DNA of 42,248 bases from Perkinsus chesapeaki ATCC PRA-425 (Eukaryota; Protista; Perkinsozoa). The stretch is from positions 1 to 42,248 of the forward strand of contig JAAPAO010000292.1 in assembly GCA_013115145.1 (NCBI GenBank), given 5' to 3'. The notes under the pieces are model-generated. The model made no database searches and was not told where the DNA came from. It was given only the letters and a program-made list of their open reading frames with translations. The position numbers and the translations under genes are program-made. Of the stretch, positions 11,548 to 24,192 are shown piece by piece; within the stretch, counting starts at the first letter, position 1; every line of letters begins with the position of its first letter.

Positions 11548-12659
11548 GTAATATTATGAAAGAGAAAACTGATGAGGGCGTGAATATCAGGTATAAAGCG
11601 CACAGGTTAACGTAGTTGGATCATTCTACTTGAGGATGGCTGAACTCAACACGCTCGCTAAATAGCTGTAGGGGCCTTGTTGGCGTTGAACTCGACATGA
11701 TGGAGGGAAGTGAGATAAGGCTCTTATCTTTCATTGAAAGAGATGTGGTGAGGCCGACAGCTTGGAAGAGCTAAGCATCTGCACGCATGCGGGGCCCCAT
11801 GGCGAGGAGCACATAATATCTTTCGCTGTTCGCTGCGTGATTCGGGCTCCCTCTCGGAGAGGGCCTCTCCCAATTTTAAGCTAGTGCGCGGACGAACAGG
11901 TAGGATTTTAATATGAGATACACGAATTGTATTGAAGTAAAATCCACCAGTGCACCTCTCGGTCACGCACGCGTGCGCATTGTTCACGTCACGGGATTCG
12001 AGGATCAAATGTGTTGGTGAGTCAGCCGAGTCTGGTGACCAGACTCTGGCCTTGACCCAGCCATAACCCCTCCCTTGAAGGGGGGAAGAGGAGTCTCGCC
12101 AGTTTTAGAAGGACATATGACGAGATACCTCTATTTCCGCATAGCTGCTCTGTGTTTTTCCTTAGTTCTGAGAGTAGAGACATTTTTGTGCATGCATGCA
12201 AGTGTGAAGACAGTTTCTTGTGTAACGTTGTTCTCACAAGATAAGTCTGTAGTAGATGTGTCAATCATACAGATGTCAGTCATCTCACAGTGCAAGCTGG
12301 TACATAGACGGTGTAACATAGTCCAACTCGTAGGCAGTCAAACCTTGGTCCAACCTTATTTCGTACAGCGTAATTCATGTGGTATATATACCGTATATCG
12401 TACAGTTGCGACTCGTACAGTTTCAGCTGTGTTTGCATCAGTTGGTGCAGTATTATTTTGTCTCGTTGCACTTAATACAGTATTATTCGGAACAACTTTG
12501 TAAGGTACAGTTACAAGTGTTACAACTGATACAATGCCAGTTCGTGATGCCATTGATTTCACTGAGCGTGAATCTGCAGTGGTTAACCCTAAGTTGGACT
12601 CCACGAAGATGGTTTTATTAACAAACCTCAAGAAAGTCCTCAGTGGTTTTCCGGGCTAC

Positions 12660-13330
12660 TCTGACACTCTACGTCAGCTAGATTGTACCCTTACGTCAGG
12701 TCTTCAGTTCAAGAAGCATCTAAGCGGAAGACTGGTACTCGCAAAACAAATTGGGAATATGGCGTTACGGCAATGTGGGGCACTCATGGGGAAGAATCGA
12801 GGCGTCTCTGTCGGAATCTTCACCGAAATATACAATAAAATACTACTACCAATCATTCTATATGCCCATGAAATATGGGGAGGAACTATTGCAAATAAAA
12901 CCGTAAGAGAAGAGATAGATCTTTTGGGGGCTAGCTTCCTTATAAGAGCTTTAAGGGTTAGAAGGAGTACACCCCGTCCACTACTATATATTGCCTCTGG
13001 AGTGACGCCACTATCGCGATTGGTAGCAGAGAGAGTAGTTCTGGCTCACATCCACAAAAGGCCAATGGACATGCATATGAAAGGGAGGGTAGGCTGAACC
13101 TACCAGGTTCTACCAAATTTCGAGAGCTGCTGGAGGAGTGGGGCTTCCCCACCACTCATCATTACTGTGAGGATAATACACCTGGAAAAGTTGTCAAACC
13201 CGCTGATACCAAATTTCGTCTTTCTCTATTGAGAGATTACCATATTGTTAGAATGGTATCCTCTTTATCTGAAGTTCAGATTCTGAACCCTTGCGACACA
13301 ATACGAAAATACGTGACGCAATATGCCTAG
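12660..13330 (+). mobile_element. 5'-truncated, frameshifted non-LTR retrotransposon fragment (RT thumb/connection region)
   Basis: LDCTLTSGLQFKKHL...KNRGVS...IYNKILLPIILYAHEIWG...LRVRRSTPRPLLYIASGVTPL matches the LINE post-RT pattern. No YADD core is present. Continues in another frame to ~13330; a (GTT)n run lies at ~13445-13460. Confidence 0.75.
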
Positions 13331-13551
13331 CATAGTGTGTGACATTACTGCCGTACGTTGGGCTCTACCGAAGCCTTGTTATGGCTGCAACACTTGTCCA
13401 GATCCCGCACTTGGAATCCCGAAGGCGCGGGAGTACAGGAGAAGGTTGTTGTTGTTGTTGTTTGCCTGTATTTGTCTCCGCTTGTACTGTACGGAATAAC
13501 ACTGTATGACGTACAGTGTATGTGTGGATACTGTGCAAAAAGACGATACAA

Positions 13552-13905
13552 TACTGTAGTACAGTTACTGTACGAATCGTAACTGTAGGGCTCAAAAGTG
13601 TATGTGTAGCAACTATAGTATAGTCACTATACGGATAAGGCCCTTATCATAAGGGCTACACGAATAGGTGTTCTGCGACCTTGCATTGTATGATATGATC
13701 CTCACTCCGTAATGTCCATCATGAGACTTCTTATTTTCCTCCAATGAATTTATTAGCCGCCGAAAGCATCACGCATAAAGGTCTTGAAGAAGGCGGTTCC
13801 CTGAGGTTTGAGGTAACCTCAATGAGGTGCTTTGCTGTGCTATGATTCCAGTATAACTTAGTCAGTGTAGGTAGCTGAGATTCTCAGCTACCTGCACTGA
13901 CTAAG
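13552..13905. repeat. Cluster of near-perfect excision scars plus a 24-bp-arm hairpin
   Basis: One-mismatch 22-mers at 13552-13573, 13611-13632 and 13808-13829. A +1-base variant at 13634-13656. Hairpin at 13857-13905. Confidence 0.8.
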
Positions 13906-13924
13906 GAGGCACAACATTAGGTAG

Positions 13925-14507
13925 CATTTCTACAGATGCTGGGAATAACTATGAGGTAACTGTGGAATAACGATGCGCAAGTGGTGAGCCAAAGTGGAGT
14001 GCAGAACGGCATTGGTGCGGCTGATAATGTGCATTTGCACAACACTGTCCGCACATACTTCACTGCGTATTTCCTATCAATGACTTAAATTCGATGGTTC
14101 GTTCGCATCAATTAGAATACTCGAGTTGCAACTCAATACTCACATCCGACAACAATTACGAGTTATGATATAAAGGCAAGCGCATGCTCGTTGTTATGCC
14201 ACACAGACTGATCAGCGCCTCGGGGAAGTTGCCGTGTCCATTATGAACTTCATTAAGTCGACATCGCTTATAGGGTACTGTCCGGCTTGGCGAAGAGGAG
14301 ATTCTCCGACCGTATTCGGTCTCGTTGCAGACAAACCATGCTTGATAAGGAAACTGACAACAGTGCTCGAATATGATGCCGATGAACGTGGATAATGCTA
14401 ATGGATAATGCACGGTAATCATGTTGTCGAACAAATCAGTTTTGCAAAGTTTTCAACACTTGAGCGGAAGAATCTTCAAGCTCATACTGCACGTGTGCTC
14501 GCACACA
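13925..14507 (+). repeat. ~580-bp direct repeat, copy B (copy A at 1232..1800)
   Basis: Direct sequence comparison with copy A. Confidence 0.97.
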
Positions 14508-16100
14508 AAGCGAATAGTGTGCCGAATAAGAGAATTAAACTGAATATATTCTGACGATTCTGTAAAGTAACTTCTAAATGTCGAGTGAATAAGTCGAATT
14601 GGTATCCCATGCTTAGTCTAAGCTATTTACTTGATCATTTCCTTCTGTTCGCTCGTGCAGTGCTCCTCCGATCTCGACGCACGGACACAATAATGGAGAG
14701 CTGTGTTGCCGAGATTGTCACTCTGCAGCACATTGGCATAATAGTCGTCAACTAGCTTCTTCAGATCTCTTGCCGTCCCTGCTGACTACTATACAGACGA
14801 CAACAGCGATCGGTACCATATCGAGCACACAATAGCAGAGCTGTCCTCCCATGATGGTCCTTTGTTGAAATCTCAGCTCCTTCATCTAGTGCATGCTCAA
14901 CTGCTTCCTTCGGGTATCCGCCTTTATCAAAACCTTGCTGGATAATTCCCCTCAGCACCAGCGAACTCTCCGACAATCGCGCTGACGCGGTCGATCTCGC
15001 TGTAAGTGGCGGTCTACTCGAGGCTGCATCAGTAGCAGCAGCATGTACGGTACACCCGGAAAGCTGAGAAAGTACCGGTGAGAGCGGTATGGCTGCTCCG
15101 CCGAGGGACTTACCATCTCCAGCAACGCTTCCGCTACCTCTGGATGAGCGTTCCCCCGAACCGCCAGCTGTACTGGAGTTTCACCGCTCTTACTGGGAGC
15201 ATGTGGCTCAGCATTTGCCGCAATTAATAGAGATACGATGCCTTTTACCTATCCTTTAGCGATCTTAAAGGAGACATCCTATTTTTTTTGATTTCCACGG
15301 ATGTGAAACACCAAATATGCATCTAGCCTATCAGTGTCGAAAAAAGTCCCTAATGCGGATGTGTAATATGAATTTTCACTAGAGTACAGTCTGAAAACAA
15401 ATACGTTCCTCCCAGGAGCATTAGGCGCTTCTCTACGACTCTCCACGAGAAACACCCACGGACAAAGTACTATGGGGACTGTTTCTCTCTTTGCGAAGAC
15501 TCCTTCGGAAGGAGTCCTTCCCTATTTGTCGTCGAGTACTTAGAATGTCTACTTACGTCCTCCAACACACTCCACCCGCGCTTGCTAAATATAACCATAC
15601 AATGTTCTCTGCGGAGCGCTCAAGATGACTGCTTTCTTTGGTTACTATTATTTTCAAGAGAAAGTATGTAACAGACCACTAGACCACTACCAGGAGTTCA
15701 CCTGCCCGGGCGACGGCTTCTCCTTCCGCCTAGCCACGAAATGGAGCACACTGAATCGACCCTTATCGCATATCGTTGGATCCGCCCCCATACTCACACA
15801 TTGCTCAACCTGCAACCGACGGGCCAAGTCCAGACTGCTCAGCCGACATCTCCCCTACTTGTTTCTCACTCCCCCATCGAGCGAGCCCCATCAAAGCAGT
15901 CCTGCCGAAGTGATCCGAGCAATTCACTACTTCAGAATCCAATGCGCGGAGCAATCTAAACGAGTCTCTGTCTCCTCCGTTTTCGATTTCAATTATCACT
16001 TTTCTAGCCTCACCGAGGCCTGCTTTTCACTGTGATTGTCGTGCAGCGCCGCGATGAGCTCCTCTATTTTCTCCCGACCACTTGGCGGTTTCTTCGACTG
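14212..16100 (-). CDS. Multi-exon ankyrin-repeat protein (5' end uncertain, may be damaged)
   Basis: Ankyrin-like segments NCSDHFGRTALMGLARWG, VSMGADPTICDKGRFSVLHFVA, AANAEPHAPSKSGETPVQLAVRGNAHPEVAEALL, DEGAEISTKDHHGRTALLLCARYG, SDNLGNTALHYCVR and LIKHGLSATRPNTVGESPL. Confidence 0.75.
15500..15521. repeat. Perfect 22-bp excision scar inside the ankyrin gene (T=CTCCTTCC)
   Basis: ctccttc-ggaaggag-tccttcc. Confidence 0.85.
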
Positions 16101-16517
16101 TGCCAGCGTACCAAAATGCACTTTGCAAAATGATTATTTACCAACACAACTCCCCGCGAGTTCTGAGTAAATGGTGACTCATTAGCCAGCAGTACGGCAA
16201 CACGAGCTGCTTCCATAGGAGGCGAACGCCGTTAGAAGCCGGGAATAGTGGGCAATCAGCGGCCCGGCCTACCGTACAGTCGACTTAATCACACACAATG
16301 GTTGAATGATACTCGGAAATCTTCAAGCAGTGCTACACACCATAACCCTCCCGAAGAAGGGAATGGCGGTACTGAGGTGGTTGAACAAAATATTCTTGGG
16401 GATTAGCCCGATGGAATGGAGGAACAATCCTCGAAGAAGGAAAAGGCAACTCGGCAGCGATAGCAGCAGCTGACGGTGGTCCTTCATCCTCTTGAGAAAC
16501 TATCGCGATTCATCTTT

Positions 16518-18545
16518 TTACATCCGAGGGGCGAAGATGGGGACGATCTCCTCGATATGATCCTTCTTCTTGAGAACAATCTGAAAGGATAACAATAATA
16601 AAAACGAAGGAGGCAAGAAAACGCTATTGGATCACTTGAAGCAAGGAGCAAACAAGCGGTTCTTTTGAGTGAAAAACACCTACCGACAAACAACAAAGCA
16701 AGAACGTGACGAGCACTGAATGAAATAAGTCGAAGAATAAATGGAATGGAGCTAGAAGGGTGGAGTTGATAGAATTAAAGAACTAGCATTAATACAGCCA
16801 ATCACATACAATCGATACAATAGAGTCAGTCAAAACAATTAAATAACAAACTGAGTAGATTAACATATCTTTTGAATGGATGGTAGATTATGTAAAGAGC
16901 AATAAATCATTATGTACAATCTCAATGTCTAGATACTTACCATATTAGCCATCCATTCAATGTTCTTCATCTCCTGAATGCGCAGCTTAACCCAAGAGTA
17001 GATGATACCATAATGATACTGTTGCTCGAAGGAGTTCTCGTACATGCGCACCGACTCGACGTACAAGAGATCCTCAATGGACTTATAGCGGCCTTGAGTA
17101 GCCTTATCGACCTTTGAATCACGGTCGTAGAACTGCTTGCACTGATCGTACAACTGAGCGTACCTAACCATCACAAGAAATGAAACAATATCGATCATGG
17201 GAGCTAAGCCAGCTCACTTAAGATAGGGCTCCAAAGCGGCACGGACGGCAGTATCACTGGTAGCCTTCATGAGCTTGTCGGTTCCCTCGGGATAAAGGTA
17301 GCTAAATAAAAGGTAATAACTACTACAAGCAATCAGCAGCGACGACGAGCCTACCCGAAGTCGGGATAAAGAGCGTTACGCTCATCCAAGTTCTGAGGGG
17401 TTCCTAGAGGGGAGTTGAGGGAGTTGAGGGTGACCATAAGGACCTGAAGCAGCATACTGCAGTGGATGGATAAGTCCAAGATCCCTACTCTGTAATCGGC
17501 CTCGGTCTTCAGAATGTTGCCCATCACCTCGGCGGTGTCGCTGTTCTCACTGGTGTTCTCGCAGAAACGATAAAAACTCTCCATCCAGCACTTCTTCAAG
17601 AACTGACAAGGACCGCGAATCAACCTCCAAAATATCTTATCGTTTCAGCCTACATTCCTGAGAATCTCGAGATCGGTCTCAGTGAGGACGCTGTGAACCT
17701 CGCCGTGAGAGACAACGGCAGTGGCGCCCTGAGGAACGCCCTGAGCTGACGCGCCCTGACCTTCAGTGTGGGTGTGGACGTGCTTGGAATTGAGGAACTC
17801 CTCGAAGTAACTAATAATAACGGCTATTAGGCTTCAAGACGCCATATGATCCTTACGGTCCCAGAGGAGTGTCGATGAGAATGGTGCGGTAGAGATCCTC
17901 GTAACCATGAGTGAAGTCCATACCAGGAATGGTCTTCATCTCCTCGAAGTATCCAAGGGGATCGCAACGAGCAAGAAGTTCCTAGGGGAAGGAAATGAAC
18001 TAGAGCTTGGCGACGGCGGTGGCAGCTAGCTACCTTAGGATTCTTGTTGTTGATGGTTCCCTGAATAAGCATCACCACATTATCAATCATGGCCTCTTGA
18101 CGGACGTAATCCATGAATCTGAGAGAAGCCATGTCTACCGAATTGGAACGGTTGTTGGCGTCGTCGTCGTACTTGGCCATCTCTCCGACGGACTGAGCTC
18201 TGACGTAGTCGAACTCCTCGGCCAAACGCTCATGGCACTTGCGCATGATAGTGGAAACCTGGAGGAAGGGCTATGGCGAGTGGTGCTGAGTGGTGCCCCT
18301 TACCTGGAGAGGACTGGGCTCATCCTGCAAAAAAGTACCGTAGTCGGTATCCTCTAGGGCTGTTCGGAGATCTGAGAAGAAGCTGGTATGAAAGAGCGAT
18401 GCTGATAGACGAGCGAGTTACCTTCAAGATTCTCTCCGTTGGCAATACGACGGTAGTCATCGCCGGTGAGGAAGCCGGAACGAAGGCCTCTTACGAGACC
18501 CTCTCCGAATCCATCATCGATATTGAAGTAAATAAGATCAGCCAT
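16518..18545 (-). CDS. vma6: V-type proton ATPase V0 subunit d, multi-exon
   Basis: MADLIYFNIDDGFGEGLVRGLRSGFLT...RFMDYVRQEAMIDNV...WMESFYRFC...EVMGNILKTEADYR...YHYGIIYSWVKLRIQEMKNIEWMANM...DHIEEIVPIFAPRM*. Confidence 0.95.
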
Positions 18546-19414
18546 GGGGAATGGAGAACAACTACTGACGATCTTTCTGATACAAAAACCGTAAAATATC
18601 TCCGCACTAATACGCAGATTGTGTGGCGTCCTTCAGCTTCGTAAAAATCCATCAATCAACTCAGCCATTTTGCGCTTAGTCCCGCGCTACATCAAGAACG
18701 CGAGGATACCCGAAACGATAGCAACACCACTAGAACGCTGCCAATTTCCTACCAACGGGAACAGCTTGCGAAGTAGCATTATGGCAGCACCAACATTTTA
18801 GCTATCATGACCTCTGTCGCACCAAATGTCTCTCCAGCGTCGGCCCTAGGCAGCTGCTCAGCGTTGGCTGAGGCAATCTTGCTATCTCGAAGTTTCTTAA
18901 CGCGTGGAGTGCCTGTCGCGCGAGCCATTCTGATCGATTTTTTCCTTGTCGGCCTTGTCCCCGAGCGATGGGCGAAAGGAAAAGGGTTGTATGGTAAATT
19001 AAATGGTGTATTGGAAGCCTTGCTGAGGGTTGTTTTTTCGTGTTAGAATTGGTTTTTGGTGTCAGGGCTCCTGCCCAGGGGCCCTGGGGACCGTCGTCAT
19101 GTTCCTTGGTGGACTTTGGAAAAATGCAGCCAGTCGATTACACATATTAGAATGAAGCTTCTTGGGAGCTTGATTTTATAATCGAATCTGATTAGGACGA
19201 CTTTTCGCTTCTCTGGATTCTCGGGGTCGATGACATCCTCCCAGGAGTCGTAACCCAACATATGATTCTTAATGCGCTCTGGAAACGCTCCACTTGGTAT
19301 CTATCTACATTCGCGCCACGCCTGTGGGTCCTTCAAAGGCTTCTAGGACGGAACTTTCCAGCGTTCTCCTATATTTTATATCTTTAGTGTTTTCGTGTTA
19401 ATTGGTTTTCCGCA

Positions 19415-21465
19415 ATGGGTGGATTGCTATCGCACCCTGTCACCGCTGTCCACATGCAGCGACGCGCCAATGACAAATTCGCGTGTGGTGTTGCCACTCT
19501 ACAAGGCTGGAGAGTCTCCCACGAGGACGCCCACTGTATCGATCTCGAATGGGGCTCCACGCAGAAGGAAGGCTTCTTCGCCGTGCTTGACGGTCACACC
19601 GGTGACGATGCCGCAGAGTTCGGGTCTAAGGAACTGCCTAAGCAGCTGGCGGAATCAGCTGGTGACCCGGATGATAGAAGTGTCCAGGGAATTCAGGCTG
19701 GGTTCTTGGCGACCGATGAGGCTTTGAGGCAGACCAACTCTGGCGCTGGAGCGGTTGTCGTTGCTTCAATTGTAAGCTTAAAAGGGCTGAATGGCGATTT
19801 GCAAGAATAACGACTACGGATTATAGCGGACCCTTTTGGTGGGCGGTCAAATTATATATAGAGAGGATCTTCGCGAGAGAGGATTCTTGTCAAGGATACT
19901 GTGTGATGGGCAAAGTCTTGCTCACTGACAGTGTCCGTGAAATATATATCGTATTTCAATTGCTAAGGGGCGTGGAGGGAGCGAAAGGGAGGAAAAGCGC
20001 GAGCACCGGGGCTCGGTGAGATTGTCGTTAACAGAGTTAGGAAGTAGTCTCGACCAGTTGAATGTTTTCAAAAGGGGCACTTCATGCTGCTTCTCTCCCA
20101 GTAATATATTTCATTAATAGTATGATAATTATAATTTTACATAATATTAATAATTATATTATTATGTACTACAAATATATTATACATATCTACATTCTAT
20201 GTGTTACACATATACATTCTATTTAGTAGCTCGCTCGATTATTATAGTCTTTGACAGTCTTTACTTTCGTCAATCACTTTTCGAGAATCGAAGAACACTT
20301 TTCGGTCAAGTCTAGTTGCCAACTTTCAATGACGTGTGAAGTACTTGGAAGCCTCCGACTCGTTTCATTGACGAGAAAATAATATTGAACATTTGCACAA
20401 TTTCATACCGAACTTTTCTTTCATCGTGATTAGGTGACACCCCTCGAGAACGGCAAATACAAGGTTACCATCATGAATGCGGGCGACTCTCGCGCTCTGG
20501 TGTTCTCTGGCAAGCATGTCGATATGACCAAGTTGGACCGTGCTCAGGAGGATGTCACCAAACAACTGTGCACAGATGACAGCACCGACGCCAGCAGCGA
20601 CAAGGGCTTCCTTGGCGGGGGAGATCCATTGGGCTCGAAGAAGAATCTTGCCAGCTTGAGTGAGGGAGACGTGGGCCTGTTGGCAGCCACGAAGGACCAT
20701 AAGCCTGACGATCCTGAGGAGAAGGCTCGAATTGAAGAGGCTGGCGGTTTTGTCAGTCAGGACGACCCCGCTCGACTCTGTGGAGTTTTGGCGTTATCTA
20801 GAGGCCTGGGCGATTTCGCGTACAAGGACGACGCAGACTTGCCGGCAGAGAAGCAGAAGTGCATTGCAGTGCCCGATGTGAAGGAGGTCACGGTTGAGGC
20901 GGGCGATTGGGTGGTGTTGGCCTGTGACGGAGTTTTCGATGTCATGTCTAATGAGGACGTCGCGAGGGAGGTTATGGTGCGCGCGGAGAATGGGGAAGAT
21001 CTCGCCGAGGTTGCCATGGAGATCCTTCAGCGTTGCTTGAATTTGTTGGACTCGAAGGACAATATGACGTGTATGATAGTGCGTGTGGGGGCGAAGGAAC
21101 TCGGCATGGAGACGGAGATTCCGGAGGAGAAGCAAGAGGAGCTGCAACTAGGTGGCTACTCGGATCCACAGAGCTTGGCTCCAGGCATGGCCGAGAAGTA
21201 TCAAGCATTCTTCAAGAAGGCGGGCTTCAGCAAGAACCCTGCTGCGTGCAGCACCTGTTCGAAGGTTTACCGTCATATGGCTCAATGTCCCTGTAAGAAC
21301 GCTGTGTATTGTGGAGTTAACTGCCAGAAAAGAGGTTGGAAAGACCACAAGAAGGTCTGCAAGGCGGCCAAGCCTGCTGTGAGTTCGCCGATGGCTGGGA
21401 ATTCCAGTCCAAGGGCCTCCAGTAAGAAGGGCCATCATGGCGGCAGTCATGCGAAGAAGCGCTAA
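19415..21465 (+). CDS. PP2C/PPM protein phosphatase with a C-terminal MYND zinc finger (intron 19772..20433)
   Basis: MGGLLSHP start, QGWRVSHEDAH, FFAVLDGH, NAGDSRA, DHKP, LALSRGLGDF, VLACDGVFD, DNMT, then CSTC...CPCKNAVYCGVNCQKRGWKDHKKVC. Confidence 0.95.
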
Positions 21466-24192
21466 ATACCGGGAGACATGTTGTATGCCGCAGTGGCTGG
21501 GCGACCGAGCGCCACCCTTCTGGTCTCCTGTACATAGGAATTCCTTTCGTTTTCTACTATTTTTTCGGGTAGGCGGAAGCGGCTCGTTGTTATTGTGCTT
21601 ATAGTTGATCTCCTCTTTGTAACATACACTGTAGGCCTCAATAAGGGCGTTGGGTTGGGAGTTTTAATCAATGGCGGTGTAGGTATCAGACTAAGTTGGT
21701 CTGGTGCAAAAAAATGACGAAAATTCGGAGATTTTTGCGTCTCAAATTGGCAGTGAGGGAGTGAAGGCGACAGATATCATAACACTTTGGGAAGAGGTTC
21801 ATTTCTGGGCAGCACGAATGGGACCATTCGCGACCTGGCGTTAAAGGACACATTTGGTAATGTGGGTTGGAGGGCAAGGCAAGACAGGAAGTGGTGGTAG
21901 CATATGCTTATACTCTTGAAGAACGTATTCCCTCTCTTATAACTTTTGAACATATCCTAGCGGACCTTTCACCCTTCGTTGAGGCCTTATGATCCTCTGC
22001 TATTGCAGAACTCTTATATAGCTGCTGTTCTATTCCCCACTGTCTCGTAGTACTTGACATGGTTGTTGACGTCTGGGCTCAACCAGTCGACAACTCCGCC
22101 GGCCCTATGGTACCGGAGGCCATGAAACTTTTCGTGAAATCCCGATCACCGATGCTACAGTGGTGAGGTCCAACTTGAGGGAGAAATTCTGCTTCATTTC
22201 GATGATAGGGGCGACACCCCTCTCACACCGAAGAGGCTCTTGGGAATGCTGGATGAGGCTGGGATAGACCAGGTAGTCGGCCGCCCCCAAAGTGCTTCGT
22301 ACGATGCCTCCTTTGGCTCGGCAATGGTGGTATTTCAATGCTAATATTTCTGCTAGCACCCGTGGGAAATATTAAATGAAGTAAGGTAGATATACCAACT
22401 CTCTTTGAGCTGTCAATATTGTGTTATTATTTCTTCGTGACATTTTTCGGAGCGCCTCCGGGGCATCCTGTGATAAGTCATTGCAAGAATCACATCCGTT
22501 GGCCGGTTGATGGCGCCGCAAGATGCACTCCTTTAAGGTAGAGAAACGCCAAAATCGTTTCCGTAGAATTCCCTCACCTCTCGGCAAATATTCGGCAGGT
22601 TTGGGACCTAGGCCGAGACTCGTTGTGGGAGGGAAGGGTGGCTTGCTATGGCAGCAATCCCATCCAACTGCTCAATCAGCATCATCGTTACTCGCTCTTC
22701 ATAAAAATCCTAATATATCCTCTCATTTCAGATGCTACTCTCAGCATGGGTGCGTCCAGGTGGCATCGAGGCCGTCAGCAATGATACAGTGAGGACCTTT
22801 GTCAGGGCCGCACCCGATAGATTCTTTGGTGAGGTGGCGGAGGGAACGGTGTGATACAGTCTGCATAGTAGTGGCATGTCACGCTGCTGGGAAATTCTTC
22901 GCCTCAAGTCGAGAGCCCTGGATGACTATTTTGCCGATAGGATCATTTGTGGTAGATTCCCGCGCTAGGAATTATGTTATACGGCAATTTGGCGAGGAAA
23001 TTACGGTATGTGTTGAGTTGGTGGCGGACACCCAGCTCACACGGGCATAAAAAAGTATTGTGGTATAAATAACTGTATAAGAATCACGAGGCTACATCAT
23101 CCGTGTATCACTGACTGATACGTAAAAACTGTGTCTGCAATCCCGAGAAAATTGCAGCTGACAAATGGTATAGGAGGAATGTAGCATCCGACCAGAGGAC
23201 GAGCAGTGATGCCGTCTCCGTGGCGCGGGTTGTATAGTTAACTAGTACAACTACTTGCTCCTTGAGCGTGCATCTTATGAAGCTCAAAGATACGGCCGTA
23301 AAGGAAGGACGGTTCCTGAGTGGATTAATGACTTAGTCACTCGTTTTTGGTATCTTTTAAAACGCCGAATACTTCAATGTCCCCCAGTCTGTATTCCTGG
23401 CCTCCCATCACCGAACTCGCGTCTGCCAGTGATAAGGAGTGGCTCCGCTTAAACTTTCATTTGAGACGCGGCATACCTTCCTGTCGCTGCCGCGTCGCTG
23501 GGGCACGGCTGAACGGGCTCGTTCCATCCGAGGGACAACCAGAGAGCAGAGATCTGCGCCAATGTGCTTGCGCCGGCAGCGCAATTTTTGCACGCATGCG
23601 TCAAGATCTGGAGCCACCATGGGAAGTTGCCACCGCGCCAGGCGCGGGAATATCTGTGGGCCTTCCTTATTCGAAGTATTGGATCCCCGGATCAGCTCAG
23701 CGCATGCTCGTCTGAGAAATGCAGAGACCAGCGAGATGTCTGAAAATCTTACTAAGCACTGTGGGATTCCCAGCGATTTTCCGCGCCCACCGGATGTGCG
23801 CGGATACTATGCTGACGATTCGCGAGGGTTTAACCGAACCGTAAGAAGCTCGCTCTTGCTCTTCGATATGTAGACGAGACGCAATTGGCCAAATGGAGCA
23901 CCATGCGTTATTTATCCCTCGAAGCTACTTGACTGCAGTTGATAGGGCGCAAATGGGACCTATTCGGTGAGGAACATCTACTCGGTCGATAGTCTTTTCT
24001 ATGCAGCCCCCGCGAGAGTCTGAGAGCTTAGGCATCCGATACTTTAGACTCGGAAATTTCTGGATAGGTGCTAATTTTGGAAGCTCGATGAGAGTTGGCA
24101 CTTTCCAGTGCCAGGCATCCTCTGGATTCCAGTCGTGAAAGTGTGGGGCACTTCAAGTGGGGCGCTGAACTATTGATGGTCGGTCTTTTCAG

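Noticed and set aside
11700-12640. Short ORFs between the S28 gene and the LINE fragment, including the N-terminal part of ORF 12534..13097
   Set aside because: No motifs. Only the part from ~12660 resembles RT.
18650-19350. Possible small minus-strand gene between V-ATPase d and PP2C
   Set aside because: Several frames are partly open but none gives a supported model.
21686-23900. Probable hypothetical gene(s) on both strands
   Set aside because: Exon-like pieces exist but I could not assemble or identify them.
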